Assembly: GCF_009914755.1 (NCBI RefSeq)
Contig: NC_060932.1
Length of the DNA stretch: 64,000 nucleotides
Source of the DNA: the human T2T-CHM13v2.0 reference genome, Homo sapiens
Strand: one strand, 5' to 3'
Positions 1 to 14,334 of the stretch are shown piece by piece. The number at the start of each line of letters is the position of its first letter. Within the stretch, counting starts at the first letter, position 1. A program made the translations under genes and the position numbers. Below the pieces are notes generated by a model. It was not told where the DNA came from. It did not search any database and saw only the letters and a program-made list of their open reading frames with translations.

Positions 1-849
1 TATCCATATAAAAGCAGCAGCTACCAGGTAAATAAAGAAGCTGTTAGGGTGGCAGCTGAACAATCAAACTAAGTACCTGCACTCATTTCTAATTTAGATG
101 GACCTTAGTAGCCAGACTATGGATGTTACACTTAACAAAATCATCAGCTTTGTAACTTTGCAAATTAGACACTGACACAATAGAATCAGAAAATAAAAAC
201 CAAATGGAAATATTTCAGCTGTCATTTAGCTTGAAACAAGCAAAACTCACTCACACATCAGACTTCAGGGCATCATGGATGCTCTTTAATGAAGAGCATT
301 GTGGTTAAAAATCAGGCAACACTTGGAAATTTTTATGAGACAGGGGCAGAATACTTTATGGATGAAGTGAAACAGAGCCCTCAAACTGTTTTTATCAATT
401 AAGGATATTCAATATTACATGAGTTATGTAGCATTTATACTACTTAGTTTTAGGAAATAATGAGTTAACTGGCTAAAATAAAAAGCTCTCTTTTTAAGGA
501 GCTTTAATTAGGTAAAAGTCAATGCTTAATAGCCTGTTAAAGCATTATTTTAAAAATTAGTGGAGTGGAATTCATTGTAAGCTGACAATCTTAAGTTGGT
601 GTGGTGTAGGTCTCTGCAATTATGATGGTTATTGCCACCTTTATTAAGGGAGGAGGGCTAGCACGGGGCTTCATGTGGAGTTCAGAGCACACTTGAATTC
701 CATTCCCTTAACTGTTCACAGCAGTGCTGTGTGCATCAGCAGTCATCAGGGCTGTGGCAGGGTGTCAGCAAAGTGACATATAACCACACTCTCTCTCGCT
801 ACTGTGTCGCTCTTCATTTAGTAAGTTCAGTGTTAATAGTAGGATGAGG

Positions 850-935
850 ATTTAAGCATCTTGAGGGCAGGATGTTTTATCTGTTTCTTGACTGCTCTAT
901 CCCCAGGGCCTGGCACCCAGTGAAATGAATGAACT
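850..935 (+). mobile_element. L2 LINE 3' end fragment
   Basis: TTGAGGGCAGGATGTTTT...CTATCCCCAGGGCCTGGCAC...GAATGAA resembles the L2 3' terminus. Confidence 0.65.
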
Positions 936-1298
936 GTTTCCTGATCTGACTGCATGCACGCTCTGTGTACTCATGAGGCATAGGTCTGTTTCTGTGAACA
1001 GCTTTACTATATGTGATGTCTTCTAATGACTTGGACTTCTTTTAATATTGTACTTATTTTTATTTTATATTGTGACCTTGAGGCCAGTTAGCCACCCAGG
1101 TTTCATCTGACAGACATGTTTCATAGTTGATTAGAGCAATTAAAGTTTTATCTATTGGATAAAATTCAAAAGTCATCGGCCATCTGTGAAAACCACTGCA
1201 CTATGGACCACAGACCAAGGAGGATTTTCATCTTATGAAAAACAAAGAAATTATATTAAGATCCTAATACCAGAAGGTGGACATTCCTTTACAGAGAA

Positions 1299-1612
1299 TG
1301 TCTTAGTTTGCTCAGGTTGCTATAACAAAATATCTCAGGCTGAGTAATATATAAACAACAGAAATTGATTGCTCACAGTTTTGGAGTCTAAGATCAAGGC
1401 CCCAGCAGAGTTGGTGTCCAGTGAGGGCTCCTTCCCCATAGATGGTGCCTTCTATGTGGGTTCACAAGGCAGAAGGGACAAGGCAGCTCTCTGGGGCTCT
1501 TTTCTAAGAGCCTGATCAAAAGCACTGATCCCATTCATGAGGTTGCAGCCTTTGTATCCTAATCATCTCCCAAAGGCCCCATGTTCTAATACCATCACCA
1601 TGCTGATTAGGT
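1299..1612 (-). mobile_element. MaLR solo LTR, MLT1A-like
   Basis: Starts TGTCTTAGT...GCTATAACAAAATA; internal AAGATCAAGG, GGTGCCTTCT, CCTAATCATCTCCCAAAGGCCCCA and TAATACCATCAC match reverse MLT1A. Confidence 0.85.
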
Positions 1613-1889
1613 GAATTTTTTTTCTGCTATGATCTTATTGTTAACATAAGAATCACTTCAGTAACATAAAATATGATATTCATTAAGCATGGTGGCCAAG
1701 TTAGCATTATATTAGCTCTAATTAGCTATAATTGAATTTTTATATTTTATGCAATTAAATTGTCAAAACCAACCATTACTATATATATTAATAACACAAC
1801 TGTGAACTTTAAAAGTGTTAGTAATTCAGTCTTCTAGGACTCCTGGATTCTCAGAAATCATTTGCACATAGTTTTTGTCATTCTGAAGA

Positions 1890-2000
1890 GTGCCCATTTC
1901 ACAGATGAAAAAACTAAGGCACAGAGCAGTTCTGTGGGGCCCAGGAGTTAACTAACAAATGTAACTGAAGACTCATGATTCCAGGTATTGTGTTCTTTCT
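1890..2000 (-). mobile_element. MIR fragment
   Basis: MIR core CCCATTTCACAGATGAAAAAACTAAGGCACAGAG. Confidence 0.65.
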
Positions 2001-3090
2001 AGTCTACAGTACTGTGTATACCAGGAATCCTCATTAACTACAACATAGTCATCCATTGGCAAACCTGAGATAACCAGAAAACCTTAGTTAGATGTACATA
2101 GGTATGTAATTTCTTCCTTGCTGGGGCAACCTTTGAAACTCCCTTAGAGCAGGAATCTAAGAAGAAAATCAATGTATCCCTCTTACCATAGGCAAAATAG
2201 CATTTCTTAATTTTCAACTCCTATCATCTGCTCCTGCTCTCACTTATTTTGCAAGAAGAGTCATTGATGCCAAGTCAGGCCACCATAATGGCCAGTTTTA
2301 ATTACTGCATCTCCTGTCTTACACTAGACCTTGCAGAGGGGTCACACTTTACTGTAGTGACTATAGTGCAGTTGAATGTGCAATGTTTGGGTGGTTTTAC
2401 ACATGTTGGAGAGAATTTGTACTATAGGACATAGGGTCTTAAGGTAAAAGTGTTGGGCTGAGAATCCTATGAAATATATATGGCAGATTTCTAGAGCTGA
2501 TGTCGACAGCCGTAATGTTAACACATTTTCAAAGCAAAGAAAGTTGGATAGAAGAGTTACGAAGAGAAAATATTGGTGATGATAGGGGACATTTCCAAAC
2601 GATATTGAAAATAATATTCCAGGAGATAATTTGATTAGGTAGAAAATGCAAACTCAGTACACTGCTTTCCTATGAAAACAGTGAAGACTCTTTAATAAGA
2701 ATGAGATATTCTGCTTTTTTGGAAGCGGTGACTGAGCATTCTGCAGGATTTCAAATAGTTAAATAATTGTTACGCCTTGGCCCAGGAGTCTCAGCCTATC
2801 TGCAGAGAAGAGGTAAATATTAAGTACCTGAAGCCTTTGCTCTGAGGTCTGTGTTGGGGGAGGATGTTTGTAGTAAGGTTTGGGTCTTGGGGATGCATTC
2901 ATAAACTATAGAGATATGTGATCTATGCCTGGAAGCTGCCATTTTTGTTTCCTTTAGAAGTTCCAGAGTAGAAGGCACCATCACAGTCTCCAACCATCAC
3001 CTCAATGGCATCCCTGAACTACATCTGGGGTGTAGTTCCAGCAACTGACCAGAGGCACTCTGTACCTCATCAAATTGTAATTAATCTTCC

Positions 3091-3096
<6 letters not shown>

Positions 3097-3152
<56 letters not shown>
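3097..3152 (+). repeat. (CT)28 microsatellite
   Basis: Uninterrupted 56-bp CT dinucleotide run. Confidence 0.98.
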
Positions 3153-3157
<5 letters not shown>

Positions 3158-5837
3158 ATATAAATCAAGTCACGGTCCTTAGTAAATATCTGAAGAGGTA
3201 CCTATTAAATAGGAATAGTAATACAGGCATTCTATCTGTACAGTTTATACTTGTTTTGGTAAATGACTGATCTCTTGTAAAACTTGAGAGCTTTTTCTGG
3301 GCTATTCAGTGTGCATAATGAATATTGATATCTTAGGGCTTTAAAAAATAGCTTCTTTATGTAGGAGTTAGTGTGCTTGGAGACCAGTTTGAGAATTTTG
3401 AAAAAAAAATTTTTTTTAATGTCAAAGTAGGATTTAATTTAAACTTTAGCGTCTTCATCTTAACCCTCTTTCAACTTCTCCAGAAGAGTTATTAGCATAA
3501 AAGCTTAATGATTTACATCTGAAGGTTATGTATGTACTGAGGAAATTCAGTGTTGATTCTAAATACTTCTTAGTCATCCTTAAACCCAGCTTGAAGCTCT
3601 AGGGTGCTTAAGCGTAGTTCATTATTACAGAAGTAACTCATCAGTGAATTGTTTGGCAAACAGCAGTCTGTAGTGGTTTTTCTCTAACTTAGGCTCTTTC
3701 AGAAGTGTCTGCATTTTCCAGGAAAATTATCTGTTCATATTTTGAGGATAAAAATAGCATTGAAAGGACTTTTAGTGCAGATTTGCTGGGGCTATTTTGG
3801 TGGTCCTGATTTTTTTTTATTTTAAAAAGGAATATTAACATTGATCTCACCATTATACTTCTTGGAATTCCTTACCTGCTGATACCTGACACCTTTGCCT
3901 CTGTGGGGGAATTTCCCATTATTGGGGTTTCCTCAGGCCCCAACCCTCCTGTCTCTTCTGCCTGCCCTCCTCCAAGGCATTGGTGTCTTCCTAGCTTGAT
4001 CATCTGCCCCTTCCTTCCCCCTGCCCTCCTTTCCTTTTTAGTTGTGGTGAAAAACATGATACAAAATGTACCATCTTAATCATTTCTAAGTAGATAGTTC
4101 TTTGGGGTGTTTTGTTATTGTTTTATATTATGAATTTTTAATTTTAAAATGTTCACATGTTTATTAGCTGCATCTCTACAGCCAAGATCTAACCTACTTC
4201 AGGGCTTGGGCCCATGTTGTCCTTCTCACTACATTCAATCAGTGCATTCATTATGTGCCTGTTATTTCCAAGCACTCTGTTTTGCATTCCTGACTTTGTT
4301 GAGCACACAGCAGATGTTAAACATCTGATCACTGAGTTTCAGAAATTTTTTTTAGGAATGATTTTCAGTGGTAGAATTTGAAAACAGCTTGTGTGAGTAG
4401 TCATAGCTCATCCTTTTAAAAATAAATGCCAAATAAGAAATGGATTATCGTGGGGAAGTCTCTCACTTAAGAAAAATCATTATAGAGTAATACCGATTGA
4501 GATTTTCATTTCCTTTCAGCAGGACTGGTAGGATAGATATTGTGTGTGTGTTTTTTCTTAAACTATAATGGTGATTATTTTCTTTTTTAATTACTCTGCC
4601 ATCTCAAGAATACATGTATTGTCATTTTAGATTGCTGGGTCAGGAATGAAAGTTTGAGTGTGTTTGATTTCAGTCCTGGACTCTCATATATTATGTTTCT
4701 GGGGAGTAAGCTTGGTTTTGATATAACTTTCTATTTGGGGGATTTTAGAAGTTAGTGCATAAAATAGTGCTCCCTTTGCATGGATGGATGAAATTTTGTG
4801 GTGTTCAAACTGTTGTATTAGAGATGTGAATGCCTAATCATAACAGATTAAAAACTGTCAACTATCTTTCATATTTAAGCAAGTTACAATGGATACAAAT
4901 ATTTCTTGAAAAGCTAGTCTTTTTTTTTTTTAAATGTAGTTGCTTACACTCCTTAGGTGCACAGCAAATGCCAGAACTGCCCTAATTAGGTCAGATGTTT
5001 CTCATTAGCTTGTAACAGTCTTGGATGTATGGATGGATGGATGCACAGCAGATGGATTGACGGAGGATAGACACTTTAATTGACCCCTCGCCACTGTCAC
5101 ACTACACATATATAACTCCCTGGCTACACTGAATCTTAAAGACCACACATACCACTAATATTGTACTGATTGAAATTGCTCGTTTCAATTCCTAACAGAC
5201 TGTCTGTGTCTTTCTTAATAGCCTGTGAATATCTGCAGAACAAGGGCTGAATCAGATGCAGAATATTTGTATATTTTATTTCAGAATATTTATATTTTAG
5301 TAAGTTAATGCTCACTCTTAAGTAAAGCAATGGGAAAAACATCCTCTAATATTTACTTTTTCTTGTAATAATCTACTGATGGCATATTTTTATTAGCATT
5401 CCTTGGAATTATTCAGTAAGCATTTACAAAGGATCCTGTATACAGTAGATAATTAGTATTTTGATGAATAAAAGATGAACACTTTTCCTAATATACCTCA
5501 TAGAAATGTAAATAAATTATATTGTTGATATTCCTGTCATTGATGTGACATTAATAAAATATCATGGAAGGGCTGGTTTCAATTTTACCATTGCTGAGAA
5601 AAATGGCAAATGCATGGTGGTCTTTAAAATAGTCATTGTCATTAAGGATTTGTATATTCTGCTTGTTCCCAGATGTCATGGTCTTGTGAGGAGGATAGAA
5701 TATTCTTCAGCAACCTCTTATACTTTTCTTTTTTTTTTTAACATGTTCACACCTGTGAGTTTAGGTGATAGTGCTGTGAGATACTTTTAGGATGTTACTT
5801 TTTGCATGAACAAACAGAGGCTAGGCTTAGAGGAAAG

Positions 5838-6402
5838 CATACCAGTTTTTTATTGCTGCATAACAGATTTCCACAGACAGTACCCATTTCTTAGCTCAGT
5901 GGTTCCAAGTCTGCCATGGCTCAGCAGGGTTCTCTGTCAGGGTCTCCAGCGCAAGGAGTTGGCTACACAGCCCTCTCAAGTAAGGCCATGGGGAGGAATC
6001 TGCTCCTGAGCTCATTCAGGTTGTCGGCAGGGCTGAGGTCCGTGTTTCCTGGCTGCAGGCCAAGGACTGAAGTTTTTAGAAGCTTCTAGAAGCCACTTGC
6101 ATTTGTTTGCTGTGGGCCTTCTCAGGAACATTGCAGCCAACAGCAGGATCCCTCATCAGATTCCTGTCAGACTTCAAATCTCTTTGGATTCTTTTCTGTG
6201 ACCAGCCAAAGGAAACCCTTTTAAAGGGCTCATGAAATTAGGCTAGGCCCACCCAGATACTCTCTCTATCTTGAGGTCACTGTGCCACATACCTGCCAAT
6301 CACGGGAGTCAAATCCATGGTATTTACTAGCCCAGGGATTACGCACAGGGCATACACCAGGGGGTGGGAAATCCTGGCCCCTCTTTGAATTCCGCCTCCA
6401 TG
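5838..6402 (-). mobile_element. MaLR solo LTR, MLT1E/F-like
   Basis: TTATTGCTGCATAACA at the left end, TTTAAAGGGCTCATG..TTAGGCTAGGCCCACC internally, GAATTCCGCCT at the right end (reverse of the MLT1 start). Confidence 0.8.
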
Positions 6403-8210
6403 GAAAGGTCAGTTAAACTGCTTGGGAAATGCTGCCAAATTCACCCCAGCGTTTATACTGCTTCTACTTTGAGATGCTGAAGACCGTGCTCTAAGAACTC
6501 TCTTCTTGTTTAACCTTACTGTGTTTCTATGGGAAAGAAAAACAGCTCTGTCCTTGGCATGCAGAGATGTTCTTAATTTACAGTCAGTAGGGCTGAGGGT
6601 TTGATGCTTAATGATTTCCATTCATTGACCTGTATTGTTTCAGCCAATCACTCCTGGGCCAGTGGTGCCCAGATGAGGACTGGAGCCAGGTGTGCAGGTT
6701 TGCAATGAACATAGAAACCAAACTGACTCTTGTTAAGGGCTTAACCTAGGTTAAGAACGTGACAAGCTAGGACACAGGGAGCTGCCCTGAGTTCGAGACC
6801 AGAGGAGCAACTTATCAAAATCACTGTTTTGAGCAGATTAACCTTGAAGCTGTGTGGATGGTAAGAGGGGAGAAGCCAGAAACAAAAGCCAGCCAGGAAT
6901 TCAGAAATGAATGCTCATTTATCAGTGGTAAGGGAGATTTAGAAATGTTTTGTGTTCCTTGAATTGCTACTATTGGTGGTGGTAGTGCTGGGAAAATGAA
7001 AAAGACTGGGGAAGTCTAAGCAAGCTATAAGACAAAATCAGGCTGCTTGTTAGGACTTGTGAACACCTGGGTAGCCTATGTTTACTTTTCGGAGAGGCCG
7101 TGTGCTTGTGACTTTCAGGGTGCATTGTTCAGGTAAATTGTCAATTTGTGTATGGGACTTGCAAATATATAACATATTTGGCATTTCAAATGGTAAAAAG
7201 TACTATGGAGGAAGATAAAGCAGGGATGGAGATAGATGTATATTAGTATTAAGTGCATATCAATTTGGGGCTTTTAAAAATCACCTAAAATAAGTTGTTA
7301 ACCAGAGGCACATGGGTTGGAACGGATATAAATGTGTATTTCACATGGAATTGTATTTCATATTTATGGCATTTGGCCTTTTACTCTCCCCTACCTCTTT
7401 CAAAAAGCAGCATTCATTTAAATGAGGTGGATAATGGATCTATAACATTTATTACTCTGGTAAGAGGATGTTCATTCCTTCTGAATACCTTACTTCTGTC
7501 TGTTTGAATCATTAACCTAATCACATACTCTAATTTTCTTAAAGTCAGTATTCAAAGAGAGTTTGGCTTTTACTTCCTTTTCCTTCCACTGTTTGACTGA
7601 AGAATTTTTAAAATAAAAAATCAAAACATGGGAATCATCTGTGAGGCTGGGCACTGGACAGGGAACACGTAAAATGCTGGCTTTACAAATACTCAATGTG
7701 GAGTTCTCACCACATAGTTGGCTGAAATCTTCCATGTTTGCAGTGGAACTTGAAATGAAAATAGAACTATATAGCTTTGTTACCATGGGAAGGGATAACA
7801 TTTAATTTCATCCTTTGTGACTCAACAAAGTTCTGATGCAATGCAATGACAGTAGAAACAGATCATAGAAAGCAGTATAGAGATGTTGAGATCCTGATGT
7901 TTTAAAAGTAAACCTACATAGTAAATAGTAGACTAATTCAATAATTATTTATTGATAACTTACTTATCAATAAATATTCAATAAATATTTATTGAACCAG
8001 GCACTGTTCCGCAGACTGGGGATATAGCAGGAAACAAAAACTTCTGTCCTTGTGAGGCTTATATTTGAGTGAAATGAAGCAGAGAATAAATAAATATATA
8101 ACATATTTGCATTCAAATGGTAAAAATTACTACGGAGGAACACAAAGCAGGGATGGAGATAGATGTATATGTATATTGCAGGGGTGGGATAGGGTAGCGA
8201 TTTTAGAGAG

Positions 8211-8720
<510 letters not shown>

Positions 8721-9355
8721 AAGAGACCAGTAAGACAGCTACAGACATAGATTGCAAGGGATGGTGGCTTGGGCCAGGGGTTGGCTGTCAGGTGGTGAGG
8801 AATGGTCAGGTTCTGGAAAGACTGATAACTGAAAGTGTAAGATTTAATGACAACTTGGCTGTGTGGTGTGATAGAAAGAGGAACAGAAATGCTGACTCCT
8901 GAGTTTCTGGCCAACACAGCAGGAAGAAAGATGCTGCCATTAACTGACAGAAGAAAGAAGAATGTGGTGGGGTCACGTTTAGGAGAGATCAGGAACTCAG
9001 TTTGAGATGCTAATGACATGCAATGGAGACATGTAGTTGGCTATTGGATACACCAATCTGGTGTTTTGGAAAGATGGCCTAGAGATGTGAATGAGGAGGT
9101 CATTAGCATATTTATGGTATCTAAAGCCATGAGGTCCCTAAGGCAGTCAGTATAGATAGGCAAGAAAAATATTTTAGACCAGAGTTTTGGTGCTCCAGTA
9201 AAATATTTTCCATTATTTTATCTCAATGATTTTTATGTTTCATTATGAACTTTTATTCAATATTTGGCTTAACTTAAAATGTTTTTCTATTCCCTTCTAG
9301 AACTTCAGCTCACTTAAAAAATTTTTCTGTTTTGTTTGGTATACTGTATTATGTA

Positions 9356-9751
9356 TTTAATGGAGAAGAAAAATCTTAGACAAATTAAATTTAACGTAGG
9401 TTACTTGAGAAACGAATTATTCTTAAATTGGGAAGCCCCTGAACCAGCACAGGTTCAGAACTCCAGTGCTGCCACATGGTGGAAGATTTATGGACAGAAA
9501 AAAGAAAGTGGTGTACAGAAAACTGAAGTGAGATGCATAAACAACCAGATGAGTTACAGTTCAGTGTTTGCCTTATTTGAACTTGGTTTGTATAGGTGGC
9601 TGCCTTTGATTGGCCAAAACTCAGTGATTGACACAAGAGTAGATGACAGTCTACACATCCAATTAGGTTACAGTTTACTATGAACTGAAAAACCTTTAGG
9701 CCAAACTTAAAATGCATAAGGAGGCAGCTATAGGCTAAATTTAATTTAATA
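9356..9751 (-). mobile_element. ERV1 solo LTR, MER57-like
   Basis: Ends AAACCTTTAGGCCAAACTTAAAATGCATAAGGAGGCAGCTATAGGCTAAA; internal GATTGGCCAAAACTCAGTGATTG; reverse of the MER57 start. Confidence 0.85.
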
Positions 9752-11518
9752 ATTAGATCCTGAGGGGAGTGGAGGCATGAAGGTGGATATGAAACCACAA
9801 GATACCACATCTCCTGAGGAGAAGATTCTAGCACCAACTAGAAACAGTCTACACCCATGGTAGCCTCCTTCCAGAGGGCAAACAGACATATAAATCAAAC
9901 ATCTCCTTCCAATCCCAGATGAACAAAATCAAGCAGAATATTTCTATACTTCTCCCTAATCCTCAGCTTCATTACCAAAGAATCAGTGTGGTTTTTCAAA
10001 ATGGAATTTATGGAAGACCCATGGCTAGCTGGGTGTAATTTGCTATATTTCTTCAGTTATAACCGTTTAAACAAATAGATACACAGAAATAGGAAGATAG
10101 ACTGTCAATGAGGATAGACAGAAGATTGAGACTGCAAGAACAGAGCATTTGAGAGTAGGTGGGAGCATAGTCTTGGGAGCCCTTGGAAATCTACCTTTCC
10201 TGAGTGCACTGGGGCCAGTATGTTTGCAGCTAGAGGCTTGTAAGAGTTGATGGCGGGAGTGGGGAGAACCATGTCCCTCTAAAGCAAAAGACCTCTACCT
10301 GTAGATCTTTTTTTAATGTAAGTAATCCCTGTAGTTAATAAATTTCTTTTTTAGGCTAGTTTCATCTTTACTCATATATCTTAAAAATTAACAGTTATTT
10401 CATAGCACTTTCTCAGGTCCTATTTTTCTTCTTTTTTTTTTAACCTGATATTAGAAACAGCTGTTTAGTATTGAATTGCTTAAAATGATAAGTAATTCTC
10501 CAAAGTGGTACCATTTTTTAAAAGATCCATACAGATCATGATATAACATCTTTGGGAACTGAAATAGTTATTCTTACCCTTGCTGGTTCCAAAAAGGACT
10601 GCAAGCAGCAACCTTTGAGAGTTTGGGTTTTCAGTAGTTTATCTACTGTAATGAGGACATCAACCCAGGGCAGCCAGTGGAGCTTACCTTGTCACTGCGG
10701 CGAGTTAGCAGTGGGGTCAGAGAGCAGCGTGGTTTCACTGTGTACACCCTGATTTTCAGTGCTAAAAGTCCAGAATAGCTCTCCACTTGACCTGCCATGG
10801 TCATTTGCTCAGATCTGACCAGCAGATGTGCAGTGCTGAGGATCTGGTTTTAGCAGACTGTGTTGGAATAGGTTTGAATAGGTCTACTCTTCTCATACCT
10901 TGATATGTCTTTTTTTGTCTTTTCTATTTGGGGTTATTTTCCTTTTTTGGTATTTAAGTAGCTACCACTCCTGATCTACAGATTATGTTTTAATTGATTT
11001 TCCTTAAACCTGTGGAGACAAATTGTTTTGTGTCATTTGAGAAAAACACATCAAGCTTTTCTCTGCTCCTCTTACTGTTTTGTATGTTTTTCAAAGCATG
11101 GCATTCTCAGTGCCCTTTTGAAGTTGAGTGAATCAGTTGAGCTCTTATGTGACAGAAGTGACTTTTTTCTTCTAAGGTGCACGGGCCTTGTTGAGAGCCA
11201 ATCCTAGTCAAATGAAGCATCCTCTTGTAAGTAGAACACTTTCTTTAGCCATCCGGAGTTACACATGGGACCCACTCTACTTCTAGCTATGATCAGCATT
11301 GACACCTGTTCATGTGCTCTATGCAAGAAAGGATAAACACCCTCAAATCTCATGTTTCATGATAAAAGTTAACAATTTGCGGAAACTGGAGAGAAACATT
11401 GACTGTATCAAAAGTTGTACAGTTGGAGACAAAGGGATTCGTATTTATGCCCTGAAGTTGCAGCTTCCAGTATTTATTAGAGATGGGATTCCACTTGATG
11501 TTTTAGTCTAGCCTAGAT

Positions 11519-11730
11519 CAGGGGTTGGCAAACTATTGCCTGTGTGCCAAATCCAACCCTCTGTCTGTTGTGTAAATAAAGTTTTATTAGCACACAACCG
11601 TGATCATTTGTTTATGTGTTGACTATGTCTGGTTTCACTACAGTGGTGGAGTTGAGAGGTCATAAGACTGTCCTGCAAGGCATAAAGTATTTACTATCAG
11701 GTTCTTTATGAAAAAGTTCACTAATCCCTA
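11519..11730 (+). mobile_element. MER58A-like hAT-Charlie MITE
   Basis: TIRs CAGGGGTTGGCAAACT / AGTTCACTAATCCCTA; internal GTAAATAAAGTTTTATT. Confidence 0.9.
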
Positions 11731-13149
11731 GTTTAGTATATATAACTTTTTTAAAAACTAAATTTTTCAGTCACTAAATAATTTTTGAATAATTGATACT
11801 TTTAGCTTTTATACTTCGTCAGGATGAGTCCATCTAGAAGATAGCCAATAGTTTAAAATAAGTGTAATTTAAATATTTGGCTTTCTAGTGCCATTTCAAT
11901 TTCTTCAGGTTGTTAAAATCTATTTAACTTAAGCATAATGTAATTGTATAATAAAGTCAGACTAAGAGAGAGCACTGACATTTTATATAAAACTAAGTAT
12001 TAGGTTGCATTTTCATACAGCCTGATAACATTTAAAACTAAAATCTTCATGAAGGCATAATTCATGTATCTGCTAAGTGCTCCCTTATAAATTACCCAAG
12101 ATGACATGTTTATGGCCAAACATGAAGGTTGGATTTGCTTTGATGGAAATCACATGAGAACTTAGTTTGTTCAGGTTCATGTGTGCATGCATTTCTGTGA
12201 AAATTTCAGCGTTTCTTTCTGGTAGGTTAAATTGTCATACTAATGCATAGTTTATTTGAACTGATGCTCAGTTTTTTGTAGGCTTTTGGTTGTTGGTGTG
12301 TGTTCCAGTATGGTAATGGTGGGTCCCCTTTCCCAGCATTTTCCATCCCACCCCTGCTGTAACAGCAGGATGTAGTCACAGGGTCTGGAACTCTGCGTGC
12401 ATGTTCTCTCTGTCACTTCTTGTGCCTCAGGGACTCAGGTGGGACGCAAGGCCGAAAATGAGGAGGCCCTATGTTTTTAGTGGAAATGATCTGCCTTTCT
12501 TTCTGTCTAGAGCTGCAACATAGTTGCATAATGAGGGCCTCATAAATGAGGGCAACATAGGAATGGCATTAAGTGCTGCAGAGTGTAATTACCACTTGAT
12601 TTATTTACACCATGGCCGAGGGGTGAGTCCACTGCCACAACAGCACACTCAGCTGGGCTCCCTGGTCATGGGCTGCCTAGAGGGCTCTGCTCCTCTTTGC
12701 TGATCCTGCACTTGGTCACTACCCTCCTTGGTGAGAGCACCGGACAGACGAGCTCTCCAGGGTGACCTGGCTGGGGCCCCTCGAGCACACACTATGGGCA
12801 CAGATACAAAAGTGCTGGGCTTGTTGATAGAGTGAGAATTGTCAGACATGGACCTGCTCACTCATGTGTGCACAAACACAGGGCACATTTAGGCAGCTGA
12901 GCACAATATTTTTGGTAAGGCTGCCCTTCTGTATTTCCTAGACATTGGGAAATTAGACTGTAATTTATTTTCCTAAAGAATATGGCTTTCAGGTTTTCTT
13001 ATTTTTTATACTGCTGTGAACCAACCTTAAGGATCCAAAATCTCTCAAACAGACTGTTTTAAATCAAGAATTCCCCTTTTCTCAGCCTCCACCCTTTTCT
13101 CTGTCACCATCTTAAGCCCCTAGGAAAGCCATGCAGTTCAGAAATAGTC

Positions 13150-13380
13150 ATGTGGCTTCATGGTTCAAAGGCACCTCTTGGGTCCACTGCCAGCATGCTC
13201 CCAATTCTACCTCTTACCGGTTGGTAGTCCTGAGGAGGTTAGTTATCTCTCCATCAGTTTGCTCAACTGTAAAATGGTGACAGTAGTATCTGCTTCATGG
13301 AATTTTGCAAGGATTAAATGATTAATGCCTTTTGGCATGGGACCAGGCACATGGAAGTTGCTCAGTAAAGGTTAGCTATT
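13150..13380 (+). mobile_element. MIR
   Basis: CAGTTTGCTCAACTGTAAAATGG core, AGGATTAAATGA, GCTCAGTAAAGGTTAGCTATT end. Confidence 0.8.
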
Positions 13381-14334
13381 CCTCGGCTGTCGCTAAATGA
13401 TTCACCTGGTGCTTGTGTTACTTTGCTTCCTCCTGCAGTCCACAAGGGTGGCCTCCAACCTGCATTGCTTTGACTTGTCCTATGTAGTGTCACTGAGACC
13501 ATTTTGCCCCTTGGGGCCGTGGGGAGAGGCTATTTTGTCATTGACATGTTTTAGAATTGTCTGCATGTGGCTTTATTATTGTTTTTTACATTCTCTACAG
13601 ACAATACACTCCCTTATTAGTTGCAAGGGGATTGATTTCACCTTCTCTCCTCTTTTGAAGCTATGAAATTGCTATAGTGACAGCTGTTATTATTTAAGAA
13701 GTAGCTGGATCTTAATGAAATTATTTAACTTAAAGTCATATAGTGAGGAAGGAACAGAACAGAGAGTCAAACCCAAGATTATTTTTAAAGACTTCTTTGA
13801 CCTCAAGATGCTTAGCTGTGAGTTTAAGAACGATATCAGAGACAAAAAGGGAAAAAAAAAAAGACAATTGTGAATACCACAGTCATATAAAGTATATATT
13901 AATTTCCTCCAGAAAGTGGCTTTATTACAAACGTGGGACAAGTAAAAGAAAAACTGGTAAGAAAAAAGCTGAAGAGGCAAAAATACTAGTTGAAAACATA
14001 AAGAAAGATGTTTTAAGTCAATGTTAACAGTGATTAACTTTAAAATAAGGCCTATATATGAATAGGAAGAATTATTCTCAGGTCCTTATAAAATAATCTC
14101 AATATCAAGGCACAATATGACATTGAAATACATAAACTATAACTGTCATAAATGCATGAGAGATTGAGTCATTTTTTTCTTTAGATATGCATGATATGCT
14201 ACATTTAAATAAGACATTGAAAGGTTCAGTGGAATTTAAAATAAAAATAATTTTATTAGGATGATCAAATCAGTAATAAAACCTTTTTTAAAACTTTATA
14301 GTAATACCATATTTGTAATGTTTTGTACAATAGG

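Noticed and set aside
4507-4533. Micro-exon TTTCAG|CAGGACTG|GTAGGA and a 13-mer shared with 27140-27152
   Set aside because: Weak donor; a 13-mer match is expected many times by chance in 64 kb
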